This document shows, piece by piece, positions 20,903 to 30,922 of a DNA stretch of 64,000 nucleotides. The notes beneath the pieces were generated by a model, which saw only the letters and a list, made by a program, of their open reading frames with translations, did no database searches and was not told the origin of the DNA. A program made the position numbers and the translations under genes. The number at the start of each line of letters is the position of its first letter. Positions within the stretch are counted from its first letter, which is position 1. The stretch comes from a virus, in IMG/VR virus record IMGVR_UViG_3300050505_000066, positions 1,017 to 65,016 of that record. The stretch is one strand, 5' to 3'.

Positions 20903-21464
20903 TCTGAAATGTCATTTCAAGGGCCTTGATAGCGAGTTTTGGTCCCACTGCTCTATAGATTCGAGTAAGTCTGTTAAGAACATCTTCTTCTGAAAGTGGT
21001 AATCCTGGCCCCAATTCTTTGGTTCTTGCGATATCACGAAGTTTTGTCCAGGCTTGAATAGCTGTAATTCGTGTATCGGGGTGAGTTCTTTGGTTAAAGG
21101 CGATGTTTTTGATAATTCTAAGTAGTTTTTTACGAGTTTCTTCATCATTTTCAAGGTCTTCATCGACTTCGACATCCACAATCTCTCGAAGAGTCTTACC
21201 ACCGAGCATTTGTTTTTCAGATTCTTCTGTGAGAGGCTGATCTGTTGCCTCGGCAGGCTTTATTTCATCAATTTTTTGTGAAATTTCGATTTTTGTTGGT
21301 TCTGGAACTCGTCTATTTGGCTGAAGTACACCTTCTACAATAAGATCGGCTCTTGCTGAGGCTACAGTTCTTGGAGAAACCCCGGTTTTCTTAGCAATTT
21401 CATAATCTGTGGCGTCAGGAGTCTTGATAATCGCGTTTTTGGCTAATCTTCTCGGTAATCCCAT
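20790..21464 (-). CDS. Putative terminase small subunit (N-terminal HTH)
   Basis: 'DATDYEIAKKTGVSPRTVASAR' HTH; first gene of the late operon upstream of terL. Confidence 0.65.
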   Translation of the reverse strand: MGLPRRLAKNAIIKTPDATDYEIAKKTGVSPRTVASARADLIVEGVLQPNRRVPEPTKIEISQKIDEIKPAEATDQPLTEESEKQMLGGKTLREIVDVEVDEDLENDEETRKKLLRIIKNIAFNQRTHPDTRITAIQAWTKLRDIARTKELGPGLPLSEEDVLNRLTRIYRAVGPKLAIKALEMTFQIEKDSNASQTSNQQDSTPIGTTEAPIEAGYESSPSQT

Positions 21465-21664
21465 TAATCTGCACTTTGTCTAAAATTGAATTCCACATTG
21501 ATTTTCGCCAGTTTTTGGCATATTCACTATCATCACACCACAAACAGATGGATTTTTGGAGGTTAACTTGTTTATTTTCAATAGGTTGGGTCATATTTTT
21601 GCATTCAGTTTTTTATTTTTGTGCCATACACGTTCTGAATCTATCTCGCCCTCGCTTGGGGGGT

Positions 21665-22008
21665 TGGCCCGGTTCTTGCATGGTGTAAACATTACAACGC
21701 CCCTATCCTGGCACGAAACTTGCTACAACAAGAAGCGTGCCACGTGTAACATGATGGGGCACAACACGTTAGAAATGAAAGCAAGAACTATGCCTCGCGG
21801 AGGGGCCTGGACGGTACACCCCAGCATAAACCTTGCCAAACTAACCCCTTGCGAGGCAACACATTACCGACCCCACGTACACCGAATGTCCCATTTAGTA
21901 CGAAATCCCCGTGGCACACTTTATGAAGCAAAGAGAGAGCGCGTAACCCATTGCGCGACAACGATTTAAATTCTTTCTCATCTGGTAGAATGTGGCACGT
22001 TAATGGCA
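21665..22008. promoter_or_regulatory. Cluster of sigma54-type -24/-12 elements on both strands
   Basis: Plus: TGGCCCG-GTTC-TTGCA (21665-80), TGGCACG-AAAC-TTGCT (21709-24), TGGCACG-TTAA-TGGCA (21993-22008). Minus: TGGCAAG-GTTT-ATGCT (21823-38) and near-match TGGCACG-CTTC-TTGT (21728-42). Confidence 0.55.
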
Positions 22009-22067
22009 ATAGGTACATGTGTCCGCGAGAGAAAACGCGGATGCGGAGACTGTCAAAAAATTGGACA

Positions 22068-22416
22068 GACTAGGCGCATGGTACACTTGTAATGAAAGGA
22101 TACAGGTAAATCCATGCCAAAGGTAGCATTCACAGCGGATGATGTTGCTGCGGCGAATCGTGCCGACAAGCATCAAGTCAAGGTAAACAACGCCTATGTC
22201 AAGGCGATGCGTTCACAGGCCGATGCTCTGTTGGGACAGGGAATCAAGCCGGGTTCAAAGGACTACGCCGAGAAGATCGATCCCATCCTAGCGGATATCG
22301 GCGCTACGGATTGGCTTACGACACGGATCGAGGAGCGTATCTCCCATCGTGTTCCCGGTGCGGTCAAGGTCAAGGGAAGCAATCCCTTTCGCTCGTAATC
22401 CGCCATGCGCCTAGTC
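22068..22416. repeat. 14-bp perfect inverted repeat flanking the first early gene
   Basis: GACTAGGCGCATGG (22068-81) and CCATGCGCCTAGTC (22403-16). Confidence 0.9.
22114..22398 (+). CDS. First early gene, hypothetical (GC-rich)
   Basis: Clean ORF with RBS-like sequence upstream; codon usage is more GC-rich than the rest of the genome. Confidence 0.7.
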   Translation: MPKVAFTADDVAAANRADKHQVKVNNAYVKAMRSQADALLGQGIKPGSKDYAEKIDPILADIGATDWLTTRIEERISHRVPGAVKVKGSNPFRS

Positions 22417-22420
22417 AAAT

Positions 22421-22559
22421 GATATGCCGAAATATTCCCGGTATAGGCCCGCCTAATCAGCGGGGCAATAGGATTCGGAGTGATTCTCCGACGAACCCAG
22501 TTATTTACTGGGACCGGGAATATCTACCAGCTTGACATGCTGGTACTGATGAGGCTGTC
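22421..22559 (+). ncRNA. Type II hammerhead ribozyme with a multi-hairpin insertion in stem III; predicted cleavage 3' of C22524
   Basis: GCC-GAAA (22426-32); stem III ATATTCCCGGT/ACCGGGAATAT; AUC triplet; stem I TACCAGC/GCTGGTA; CTGATGA (22546-52); stem II GGC-TGTC pairs with GATA-T-GCC. All core residues are present. Confidence 0.9.
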
Positions 22560-22589
22560 TATCGTATCGTATCATCGGAGGATCATATC

Positions 22590-22787
22590 ATGTCTCGTCG
22601 TAATCCATTCTCTCCATCGTTCACATCAGGTTCTCTTGATGATCTAATCATCAAGAATCGTTGTGAACACGAAACCCACGGTTCTATCTTCGTAGAAGGA
22701 TCGGATTGGCAACAGTGTTCTCTCTGTGGTGAGATGTATTGTCTTGATGACATCACCGAAGTCTTCAATCTCGATTACGCAGGTTAA
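22590..22787 (+). CDS. Small early protein (C/H zinc-binding-like)
   Basis: GGAGG RBS; CEH...CSLC. Confidence 0.6.
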   Translation: MSRRNPFSPSFTSGSLDDLIIKNRCEHETHGSIFVEGSDWQQCSLCGEMYCLDDITEVFNLDYAG

Positions 22788-22916
22788 ATTAGGAACCTTG
22801 TTTTCACGTGATTATCCTGTGAGCCATAAATACCCAAAACATCGCGGGCTAGGCTCGATGGATACGTGGAAATGCAAACAAAGGGTTTCTGATTCTAAGT
22901 CTACGAAGGGAGAAAC

Positions 22917-23111
22917 ATGAGAACGCCAAAACAATCAGCTGACATGATTGGTGTCTTGTATCGAGCAATGAAAACATTTCCTGATCTTCGTCTCTGTCAA
23001 ATCATTTCAAACGCAACAAGATTAGGAGATGTCTTCTACGTAACCGATGATGTTCTCATCGCTCGTCTTCATCAATATATCGAGGATTTCAAGCCACAAT
23101 CCACCATCTAA
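22917..23111 (+). CDS. Small conserved-type phage protein
   Basis: 'FPDLRLCQIISN...DVFYVTDD' pattern seen in many phages; GGGAG RBS. Confidence 0.6.
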   Translation: MRTPKQSADMIGVLYRAMKTFPDLRLCQIISNATRLGDVFYVTDDVLIARLHQYIEDFKPQSTI

Positions 23112-23143
23112 ATCATTCCACGGGGAATGTATTGGTGGAAGAC

Positions 23144-23297
23144 GGAAGGGATAACTAGGTGATCTCTAACAATGCGCTGAACCGAATGCGCTAACAAATG
23201 AGATCATCAAACAGTCTCCGCTGAGACTATACCTAGCACAAGTGACAAGGCTTCTAAGCTATTGTCCGCCATCGGTATACAGATGGTCCCATCTTTC
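23144..23297 (+). ncRNA. Candidate multi-stem structured RNA
   Basis: Nested helices CTAGG/CCTAG, TGATCTC/GAGATCA, AGTCTC/GAGACT, GACAA/TTGTC, GCCATC/GATGGT and GGG/CCC in an intergenic region. Confidence 0.6.
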
Positions 23298-24490
23298 AGG
23301 AGACGACAATGAAAATAATCAAAGCCACACCACTCGACTGGATTCTTTTCATTCTCGCCATCATCGCTCTATTACTATTTGCATCTCACGATCTTCAGCT
23401 TTCATCTTCTGACTCCCATACTCAAACCGTGGAGATTGAACAGTGACAGATGTAATTCTCAAAATCTGTCCAATCTGTAAAGGATATCGACGTTTTCACC
23501 ACATTTGGAATAGCACTACCAAAAAAGGTGATCTTTGTTGTGATGAATGTCTCACCCCACTCAAACCAAAGGAGAAATAATGCTCTATCTTTGGTCCCGC
23601 TGGCATTACATCAAAAGAATTCTCGAAAGGAACACATGAACGGTATTTTTCCTCATCCCTGGGCAGTAAAGCTATTCATAACCGGAATCACAGTTTTCAT
23701 AGTTGGTTATCATGGAAACACAGATACTGAAAAACAACGTGAATTCGGTGGTGCCTGTTTAATCTTTGGATATCTCATGATTCTCATTGGAATTTGGGGA
23801 TGGTAAAAATGAAAACACCCAAACACGTTCGTTTCACCAAATGTCGTAATCCCGGTTGTAACAAGAGGAGACCCCGGCGAGAAGTAAAAGATGATTATGT
23901 ATGTCTCACTGGTGCAAAACGCCGTTGTCCCTACTCCAAATAAGGAGGATTCATGAAGAATTCGTTTCTGATTCTTCTCTGTCTCATTTCAATGGGCTGT
24001 TCACAAAGGAGCAGAGCACCGGCTAATCCATCTTTTGTTGCCTCGCAGGTGTACACAAACAGTGTGTACATACAGCGACCATATCATCATCCCCACAAAG
24101 TTCGTCCTTTGAAAACATGGACTGGAACAATGTGGCTTGACTGGCTCGCTAGAGGCCGAAGAAACTAGGCTCAAACATTCATGGTAAATTATAAATTAAA
24201 TTATTGGAGTAGTTCGCTGGTTTACCCAACTAGCTAACACGGCGAAACCAGGAATAATAATCAACTGGACACTAGCTAGTGACACTAGCCGCTAGAAGAT
24301 TTTATTCTTGGTCATATCCAGTTCGGTACTGGATATCTGACGATGCCAACCGCGAGGGAACAATGGTAGTTAAATGTCCAAACTGTAAAACTCCAATGAC
24401 AATCGGTGCTCCACACGATGATTCTTCACGTTATCAGTATGAGTGTCATTCATGTGGTAAGATAATTCGAATCAGTAAAACCTGGGAATA

Positions 24491-25870
24491 TTGATGCCAA
24501 TTTCAACAGTGGAATTTCGAATGCCCTTTCAGATTCCTATTTTAGATGAACATACATCTATTTTAGGACACAGAAGCTCTGAAAGAATGAGTTGTATTTG
24601 TCCTGAATGTAGACGCCTTTGTCCAAATCAACATTGTCAGTGTAAACAAATTGAGGATTTCATGCCAACAACACCAGTCAATCCATTTCGTAATTTCCTT
24701 TGTCACTATTGTCAGCAAACGAAACCCCCGGAAGAACGTCATATTCCGCCGGCAAGAATTGTTCCTTATAACATGTGCAATGCATGTTTCACACGTCTGA
24801 TCTTTGTTTGTCCAACTTGTCACAATGAAGTTGTTCAAGGAGACAGAACTTCTTTTTCTTACGGTGAAGAACGAATTCAAATATGTCGAGTTTGTTTCAA
24901 TCGCACATATTATTGTTGTGTGAATTGTAATGCCATTAGATCACGAGAACTTCAACCAGGACATTGTGTTTCAGCTAATAGATTGGTTTGTGAAGCTTGT
25001 GTAGAACACTATACAGAATGTGAAAATTGTGGCCGTCTAACTTATCATGACGAAGTGTGTTATGATGATGAAGATGAAGATCACAATCATCCTCTTTGTG
25101 GCAATTGTATGGAGAGACCAAGGCTTCTTATGAGTGACACATTTAATCTCAATCCGTTCCGAAGAAAAGTTGGATTTGAAATCGAATTCTGTTCTCGTGA
25201 TGAACCCAATATCAGAAGCTTTGGTCAAATAAAAGGTGATGGTAGTATCATGCCATCTTCAGGTGATTATGGTTATGAATTTGCCAGCCATATCACTCAA
25301 GGTGACAAACTTTTCGAAATCATTGGAAAGGTTTGTAACCGAATTCGTGCGACAGGCGGTTATGTAAATTCAAGCTGTGGTGTTCATGTTCACCTTGACA
25401 TGAATGGTTCAACTGTAACTCAGAGAAATAACATTACAAGTTGGTGGGGAATCTTTGAAAGAATTTTCTTTGGTATGGTCGCCCCCTCTCGAAGAAACAA
25501 TCAATACACTCGCTCTGTGGGAGACCGATATTCTTCACCAAATGACCGCTACAGAACTCTCAACACTTCAGCATTTTCCAAATTTGGAACATATGAAATT
25601 CGTGTACATCAAGGAAGTCTTTCCTCAGCTAAACTCAAAGATTGGACATTAACTCTTCTGTCCTTCTTCGAAACATTCCAAGATATTCGTCCAACTGAAG
25701 CACGTTTTACTCAAATTCGATCAATGAATGATCGAGAACTCTTGATCTTTTTCTTCCAACAAATCAAGATTCCTCGTCACCTTCAGAAAAACATTCTGAA
25801 GAGAATCCGTACTTACAACGGAAAACCTGAACATCAGTTTCTTAATCTCGCAAAGAAAGGAAAAATTTAA
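24491..25870 (+). CDS. Putative amidoligase (COOH-NH2 ligase type 2) with N-terminal Cys-rich zinc-finger array
   Basis: 'VGFEIEF', 'DGSI', 'GYEFAS', 'SCGVHVHL', 'RYRTLN', 'YEIRVHQGS'; many CxxC pairs in the first ~200 aa. Confidence 0.85.
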   Translation: MMPISTVEFRMPFQIPILDEHTSILGHRSSERMSCICPECRRLCPNQHCQCKQIEDFMPTTPVNPFRNFLCHYCQQTKPPEERHIPPARIVPYNMCNACFTRLIFVCPTCHNEVVQGDRTSFSYGEERIQICRVCFNRTYYCCVNCNAIRSRELQPGHCVSANRLVCEACVEHYTECENCGRLTYHDEVCYDDEDEDHNHPLCGNCMERPRLLMSDTFNLNPFRRKVGFEIEFCSRDEPNIRSFGQIKGDGSIMPSSGDYGYEFASHITQGDKLFEIIGKVCNRIRATGGYVNSSCGVHVHLDMNGSTVTQRNNITSWWGIFERIFFGMVAPSRRNNQYTRSVGDRYSSPNDRYRTLNTSAFSKFGTYEIRVHQGSLSSAKLKDWTLTLLSFFETFQDIRPTEARFTQIRSMNDRELLIFFFQQIKIPRHLQKNILKRIRTYNGKPEHQFLNLAKKGKI

Positions 25871-25873
25871 ATA

Positions 25874-26752
25874 ATGTGCAGCATTAGTGGTTTCATTAGC
25901 TCTCAACCAATCGCAAAAAAGACAGCAAGTCGTCTTTGTTCAGCACTTCTGTTTTATGGCTCTGTTCGTGGTTCTCAAAGTTCTGGTATTTGGATCAACA
26001 ATCATCTGCTCAAGAAGGCTGAATCACCAGATGATTTCATCTATTCACCAGAATTCTCAAATGTATTTGATCGTGGTCCAACAATCGCCCTAATGCACAC
26101 AAGACAACCAACTTCTGGTGGTCTTGGTGATGCTCAAGCTCAGCCTTTTAAGGTAGGAAATACGGTCACAGTTCACAACGGGTATTTCCACAACATCACC
26201 GAACTAAAGAATAAATGGTCTATTCAGAAAAAGTCGGGAGTTGATTCCGAACTCGTAACTCAGTTTATTGAATCATATGGAATCAATATGCTTCCGAAAT
26301 TTCTTGCTTCCTCTGAAGGACCAAGCGCATTTGCAATTCATCACAATGGTGAATTGTATTTAATGCGAGATACCAATCCAATTCATGTTGCAAATCTTGA
26401 CATGAAAAATGGAACCAAACTCACCATTTTCGCTTCCACAGCAGACATCATTCATGATGCTCTTAAATATTGCTGGCTCATTGAATCGAATGTCAGAGCC
26501 AACATGATCAAAGAAGGAATTCTATTTCATCTCAACCGGGAAGGCGTTCTTGAAAAACTCTCAGAGAAAACCTCTTCAAAATTCTATAGTCGAGTATGTC
26601 GAGGCCATTCATCTTATTCCTCATGTGGTGATAACTACCCACATTGGTGGAAAGAGAAAAATCATGGAGTTAAAGACATTGAATCCACCTACGAAAAACA
26701 TCGCAAAAATCAACTCTCTATTGAAAAATGCTATCGGAGCGAATCGGATTAA
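25874..26752 (+). CDS. Class II glutamine amidotransferase (Ntn hydrolase)
   Basis: N-terminal MC, 'RGSQSSG', 'HTRQPT', 'HNG', 'VDSE'. Confidence 0.88.
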   Translation: MCSISGFISSQPIAKKTASRLCSALLFYGSVRGSQSSGIWINNHLLKKAESPDDFIYSPEFSNVFDRGPTIALMHTRQPTSGGLGDAQAQPFKVGNTVTVHNGYFHNITELKNKWSIQKKSGVDSELVTQFIESYGINMLPKFLASSEGPSAFAIHHNGELYLMRDTNPIHVANLDMKNGTKLTIFASTADIIHDALKYCWLIESNVRANMIKEGILFHLNREGVLEKLSEKTSSKFYSRVCRGHSSYSSCGDNYPHWWKEKNHGVKDIESTYEKHRKNQLSIEKCYRSESD

Positions 26753-29700
26753 ACTTCTTAATGAACGTTGTGATCTCATTCTCCAATATATAAGGAGGCT
26801 CAGAAACTATCTTTTTAGTTTCCTGTAAAATTATGCCGCGAATGCCAAAACCTGTAATTTCAACATCAAAAGACTCTAAAATAACATTTGAACAAATTCC
26901 TGGTGATCGAGATATTTTAATCACAGTTGAATCTCGAAATCCAGGCGTCATTCAAGGTTTTAGAGCACGCTTTAATCATCTTGATATTACCCGACTTGAA
27001 CAATTTTTCGATTTATCAGAAGCCTACACTGACGAATTGGATGGTGGATAAATGAGTTCCAAAATCTTTAATAATGCAATGTTACAAGATTCTCTTTTTT
27101 CTGCTAACGAAGAACTTCTAATTGCCTCGCGGCATGTAGACGATCCTGAGATAAGCTTAGAATTAAAAACAATGGCTGATAAGGTGGAGCAATATTTAAA
27201 ATTAGCAGAATCAGAGGGGAGACTTACAACATATAGACACCCCGAATAATTGAATCATATCATGTTAGAGTTTATTTGTCAAGTATTATTTTCATCAAAA
27301 GGAAAATAATTGAAAGCCTATATTATCACCAAAAACTCAAAAAGACACTCAATTGATCTCTTAAAGAAAGCTAAATTGTCACGAATCAAACATCTTGTAA
27401 CTCTTCGTGATGAAGAAAGCCTATTTTATGATCAAATTCAGGTCTTTCAAGTTTTTGGGACCAAGAAACGCATCACAAATCTATTTTGTGAAGATGAAGA
27501 TGTTCTCCAAGTCACGGAGATAACATGAAACATGAAGATGAAGATTTTTTAGAATCAGACTACATCATCAAACCAAATTATTATGAAGAAGAATTTGGAG
27601 ATTTTCTCGATCTAAGGATTCCTAATCCAGATCGAGGTTTCGATACTGAATATACTCTAAATAGCCTCCGAAGCAGTTATGGTTTATCCCAAGCTCGCGC
27701 CAGAAACGTCCTTAATTATTGGCTTTGGGAAAGGACACAGTGTCAATAGAAAGTCTTGATTTGGTAAACAAAGGTGATTGGTTAATTTGTAATCGCGGAC
27801 CTAAAATTCTAAGCACTTCCCCATTCAATGAAACCATCACTAGCGTTGTAGATCATACATTGGAAGGTTGTCTCGCGAAAGTATTGGCGATCAATCCTCC
27901 AATTATGTTATTGAAAATCTATACTAAACCAGGAGACTCAGGACGACTTCGAATCTCTCTCAAATGGGGTGTCGCTGAATGGGGAAAAGCTAATCGTTCA
28001 TATGTTCGAGCTTACCTTAAAAAGAATCCTAAAAAGATTAAACAACCAGAACCTGAATCAGAACCATTCAGAATTCCCGTTATTAAAATCAAAGAAGGCC
28101 CCAAATGAATCAATTTTGGCCAATAACAACTGAACCGCTTCCAAAAGCAAATGCTCCTCCTGATTCTGAAAGTTCAGATTATCGAGTTATTTTTCACCTA
28201 GTTTCTTTTGGAAGAGTTCAAGCACACATCAAACAAGGAAGTTTTATCATCGACATTCTCTCAGGTCACAATTTTGAGGAAGTTTACAATCTAGTTTCCC
28301 AAGAGTATCCTCAAGCCTCTTGGAACCCTCTAGAAAATAGGTAAATCAAATGCCAAATGAAAATAGAACAGAGGTTTTAAGAAGACTTCGTGAAGAATAT
28401 CCAGAATATTGGACCCTCACAAATGAAGGAGATGATCTTTGTATTTCCGTAGAATCAGAAACCGCAGTTAGGATTCAAATAAGAGGAATAACATTCACTC
28501 TTACAGGACAAAATGTTTTTAATTTTTCTCAGCAACTCTTTAACATGTATAATGGCTTTCTAAGACTACCTCCTACAATAAGAACACCTAGAACAACAAC
28601 AACACGAACAACTGGATCAGGATCAACTAGACTAGAACGACGAAATCTTTCAACTTTTGATATGCCAATTTGGGATACTTTAACTCAACCAGTTATTGAA
28701 ATGCCAAATTGGGAACAAATTCCTGTTGAAGAACAAGCTCCAAGAGCAGGAAGATTCGAAGTTCCTGGTCCATCAAGACCAACAGAAGCATCACTTTCAT
28801 CACCAGTTGAAACTGTATGTGGTGATGGGAGTTGTAGTGTCTGTTATCCAGAAGCACATGGTTATTCTATGGATCATGATCCTATGGATATTGATGGTAA
28901 TTCTCTATGAACAAATATAAAAGTACAATCTATTTATATTGCAATGATCTAAAAAGCCGAGAAACAATGAATCTCGGTTGTTGTGAAAAATGTCATTCTG
29001 TTCCAATTGATTTATTTCGACGAACAATTACTACCAATACCTTTTCAATTCAAGGTTATTTTTGTTGCTTTAGAGTCTGGCCAACATCCCTTACAGAACT
29101 AAAAGAAATCGCCCGGAGAAATACATGAGAAAAATAATCTACATAAACTGTGAGGACCTCCCATTTCGAAGAGATGCCACGGAATGTTGTGATGAATGTC
29201 ACTACGGGTCCACAGAAGCATTTGGAGCCTGGGACGATCTTTTTGAAGAAACCTGGGAATTTGAAGATGATAATGAAGAATTTGAAATCCTCACAAAGCA
29301 TTGCTGTGCAAAGCGTTCCCCCCAAACAGATGTGGGTTGGATGTGGCTTCTAGAAGACTTTCTAAAGAAAGAGAAAGAAAGTGAAGCTGCTCTCTCTGTA
29401 GTGGATCGGTAAGAAAATCGTTCCTAGAGCCTGTTAGGGGCCTTTAAAGGCATTCTGGAAGCCTAGATTGGATAGTTTACATGCCTCAAAATCCAGATTT
29501 CGACACTTTCTGGTTTAAATTCTTCTGTTTCCTCGGAGTAGCTCTTTTTATCTTCACATTGTTGGTGTATGGAGGGATCAAATGGATAGAATCGCAATAA
29601 CACCGGAATCTGTTATCCTAAAAGAGTTTAAGGCAAAAGAACGAATGACTATTCGTTCAAATCTTGTAAGAGAAATGCTAAAACACCTCAAAAATCATGA

Positions 29701-29783
29701 GTGTAATCGTTGCACCGAACTCTTCAATAGACTTTATCTTGTCGCTATAGGACAGGGAATTGAACCATTCGAGAATCGACACT

Positions 29784-29851
29784 AGATAGATATGATTAAG
29801 GATGAGCGAGCGATGAGCGAGATACTACGCTCACTCCTTATTTATCTATCT
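29784..29851. repeat. Long imperfect inverted repeat containing a 10-bp direct repeat, followed by an AT-rich tract
   Basis: AGATAGATA/TATCTATCT, TAAGGA/TCCTTA, TGAGCG/CGCTCA; GATGAGCGAG at 29801 and 29812. Confidence 0.75.
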
Positions 29852-29896
29852 CTTTTATATTATAATTTATAACGCGGAGAAGAAAAGGAATACTTT

Positions 29897-30175
29897 ATGG
29901 ACGGAAAACACCTATCTCTTTATACAATTCCAGGTTACGAGGGATATTTCCTAGATTCTGAAGAATTCATCTGGTCAGCTAAAGGGCTTCCTGGTTCATT
30001 GAAAAGATTAACTTGGGGTAAACTCAAAGGGAGAGCAGTAGTTAGACTCTTCAAAGCACCAGGAAAATACAATGTTTTGTCAAAATTACAAATTATTTCT
30101 CTAGCCCACTCGCGAGGCATCAAAGGAACCTGGATCAATCACAAGTTTACACCGGAGGTTTCTAATGGTAACTAA
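29897..30175 (+). CDS. NUMOD4-like domain protein (possible homing endonuclease remnant)
   Basis: 'IPGYEGYFLDSEEFIWS' resembles the NUMOD4 N-terminus; no HNH motif follows. Confidence 0.45.
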   Translation: MDGKHLSLYTIPGYEGYFLDSEEFIWSAKGLPGSLKRLTWGKLKGRAVVRLFKAPGKYNVLSKLQIISLAHSRGIKGTWINHKFTPEVSNGN

Positions 30176-30382
30176 GCCAACCAAAGAAATCTACAATGCT
30201 TTGGAAACTCTTAAATCTTATCTTAATTTAATTCCACCTTATCCTATTGATGATGATGGTTTTTACCTTCCCAGTAATAGTTTATATTCTAGTGATCCCT
30301 CACGAGCAGCGGAGATTGCAAGAGAATGGTGTAGAGAGCTTCTAGCTACCTCGCGAGCGAATGGAATGGGAGGATGTAGGTT

Positions 30383-30922
30383 ATGTCGCTCATAATGGTT
30401 GACATTGAGTCTGGTGGTCCATGTCCCGGTCTTTATCCAATGATAGAAATTGGAGCGTGGCATGTAACTCCAAATATCACAAATGGTTTCAGTGTTGAAA
30501 TAATTCCCGATCCCGATAATTTTCATCCTGATACCATGAAAGCTATGAATTGGACTCAAGAAATTCTCTACAATCGACCATATTCAGTTTCACCAATTGA
30601 GGCTATGAAGAGATTTGAGAATTTCATTCTTCAAGCTCAAGGACAACCTATTTTCATCTCCGATAACAATGGATTTGATTGGCAATTTGTGAACTACTAT
30701 TTTTGGAGATATATTGGTCGAAATCCTTTTGGATTCAGTTCAATGAATCTTGGACAATTATATAAAGGTCTTCGACAAGACATTCGTCAAAGCTTCCGAC
30801 ATCTTCGAAAAACAAAACATACTCACAAAGCAATTGATGATGCTCTTGGAAACACAGAGGCTCTTCTTCAAATTCACAAGGACTTTCCTTGCCTCTTTAA
30901 AAATCAAATCCGAGATTTTTGA
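30383..30922 (+). CDS. DEDDh 3'-5' exo(ribo)nuclease
   Basis: 'VDIESGG', 'SDNNGFDW', 'HTHKAIDDA'. Confidence 0.85.
   Translation: MSLIMVDIESGGPCPGLYPMIEIGAWHVTPNITNGFSVEIIPDPDNFHPDTMKAMNWTQEILYNRPYSVSPIEAMKRFENFILQAQGQPIFISDNNGFDWQFVNYYFWRYIGRNPFGFSSMNLGQLYKGLRQDIRQSFRHLRKTKHTHKAIDDALGNTEALLQIHKDFPCLFKNQIRDF

Noticed and set aside
21476-22018. ORFs 21476-21688, 21556-21969 and 21788-22018 as genes
   Set aside because: No RBS, atypical composition, and they overlap the regulatory motif cluster; treated as non-coding.
22532-22537. TTGACA as a -35 promoter element
   Set aside because: No -10 at 16-19 nt spacing; it is the loop of hammerhead stem I.
23109-23305. Canonical group I intron spliced out of a CDS
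   Set aside because: No convincing P1 U-G pair, P6 or P9.0; the hypothetical spliced frame gives no sensible protein, and the downstream ORF has its own RBS. Kept only as an unassigned structured RNA.
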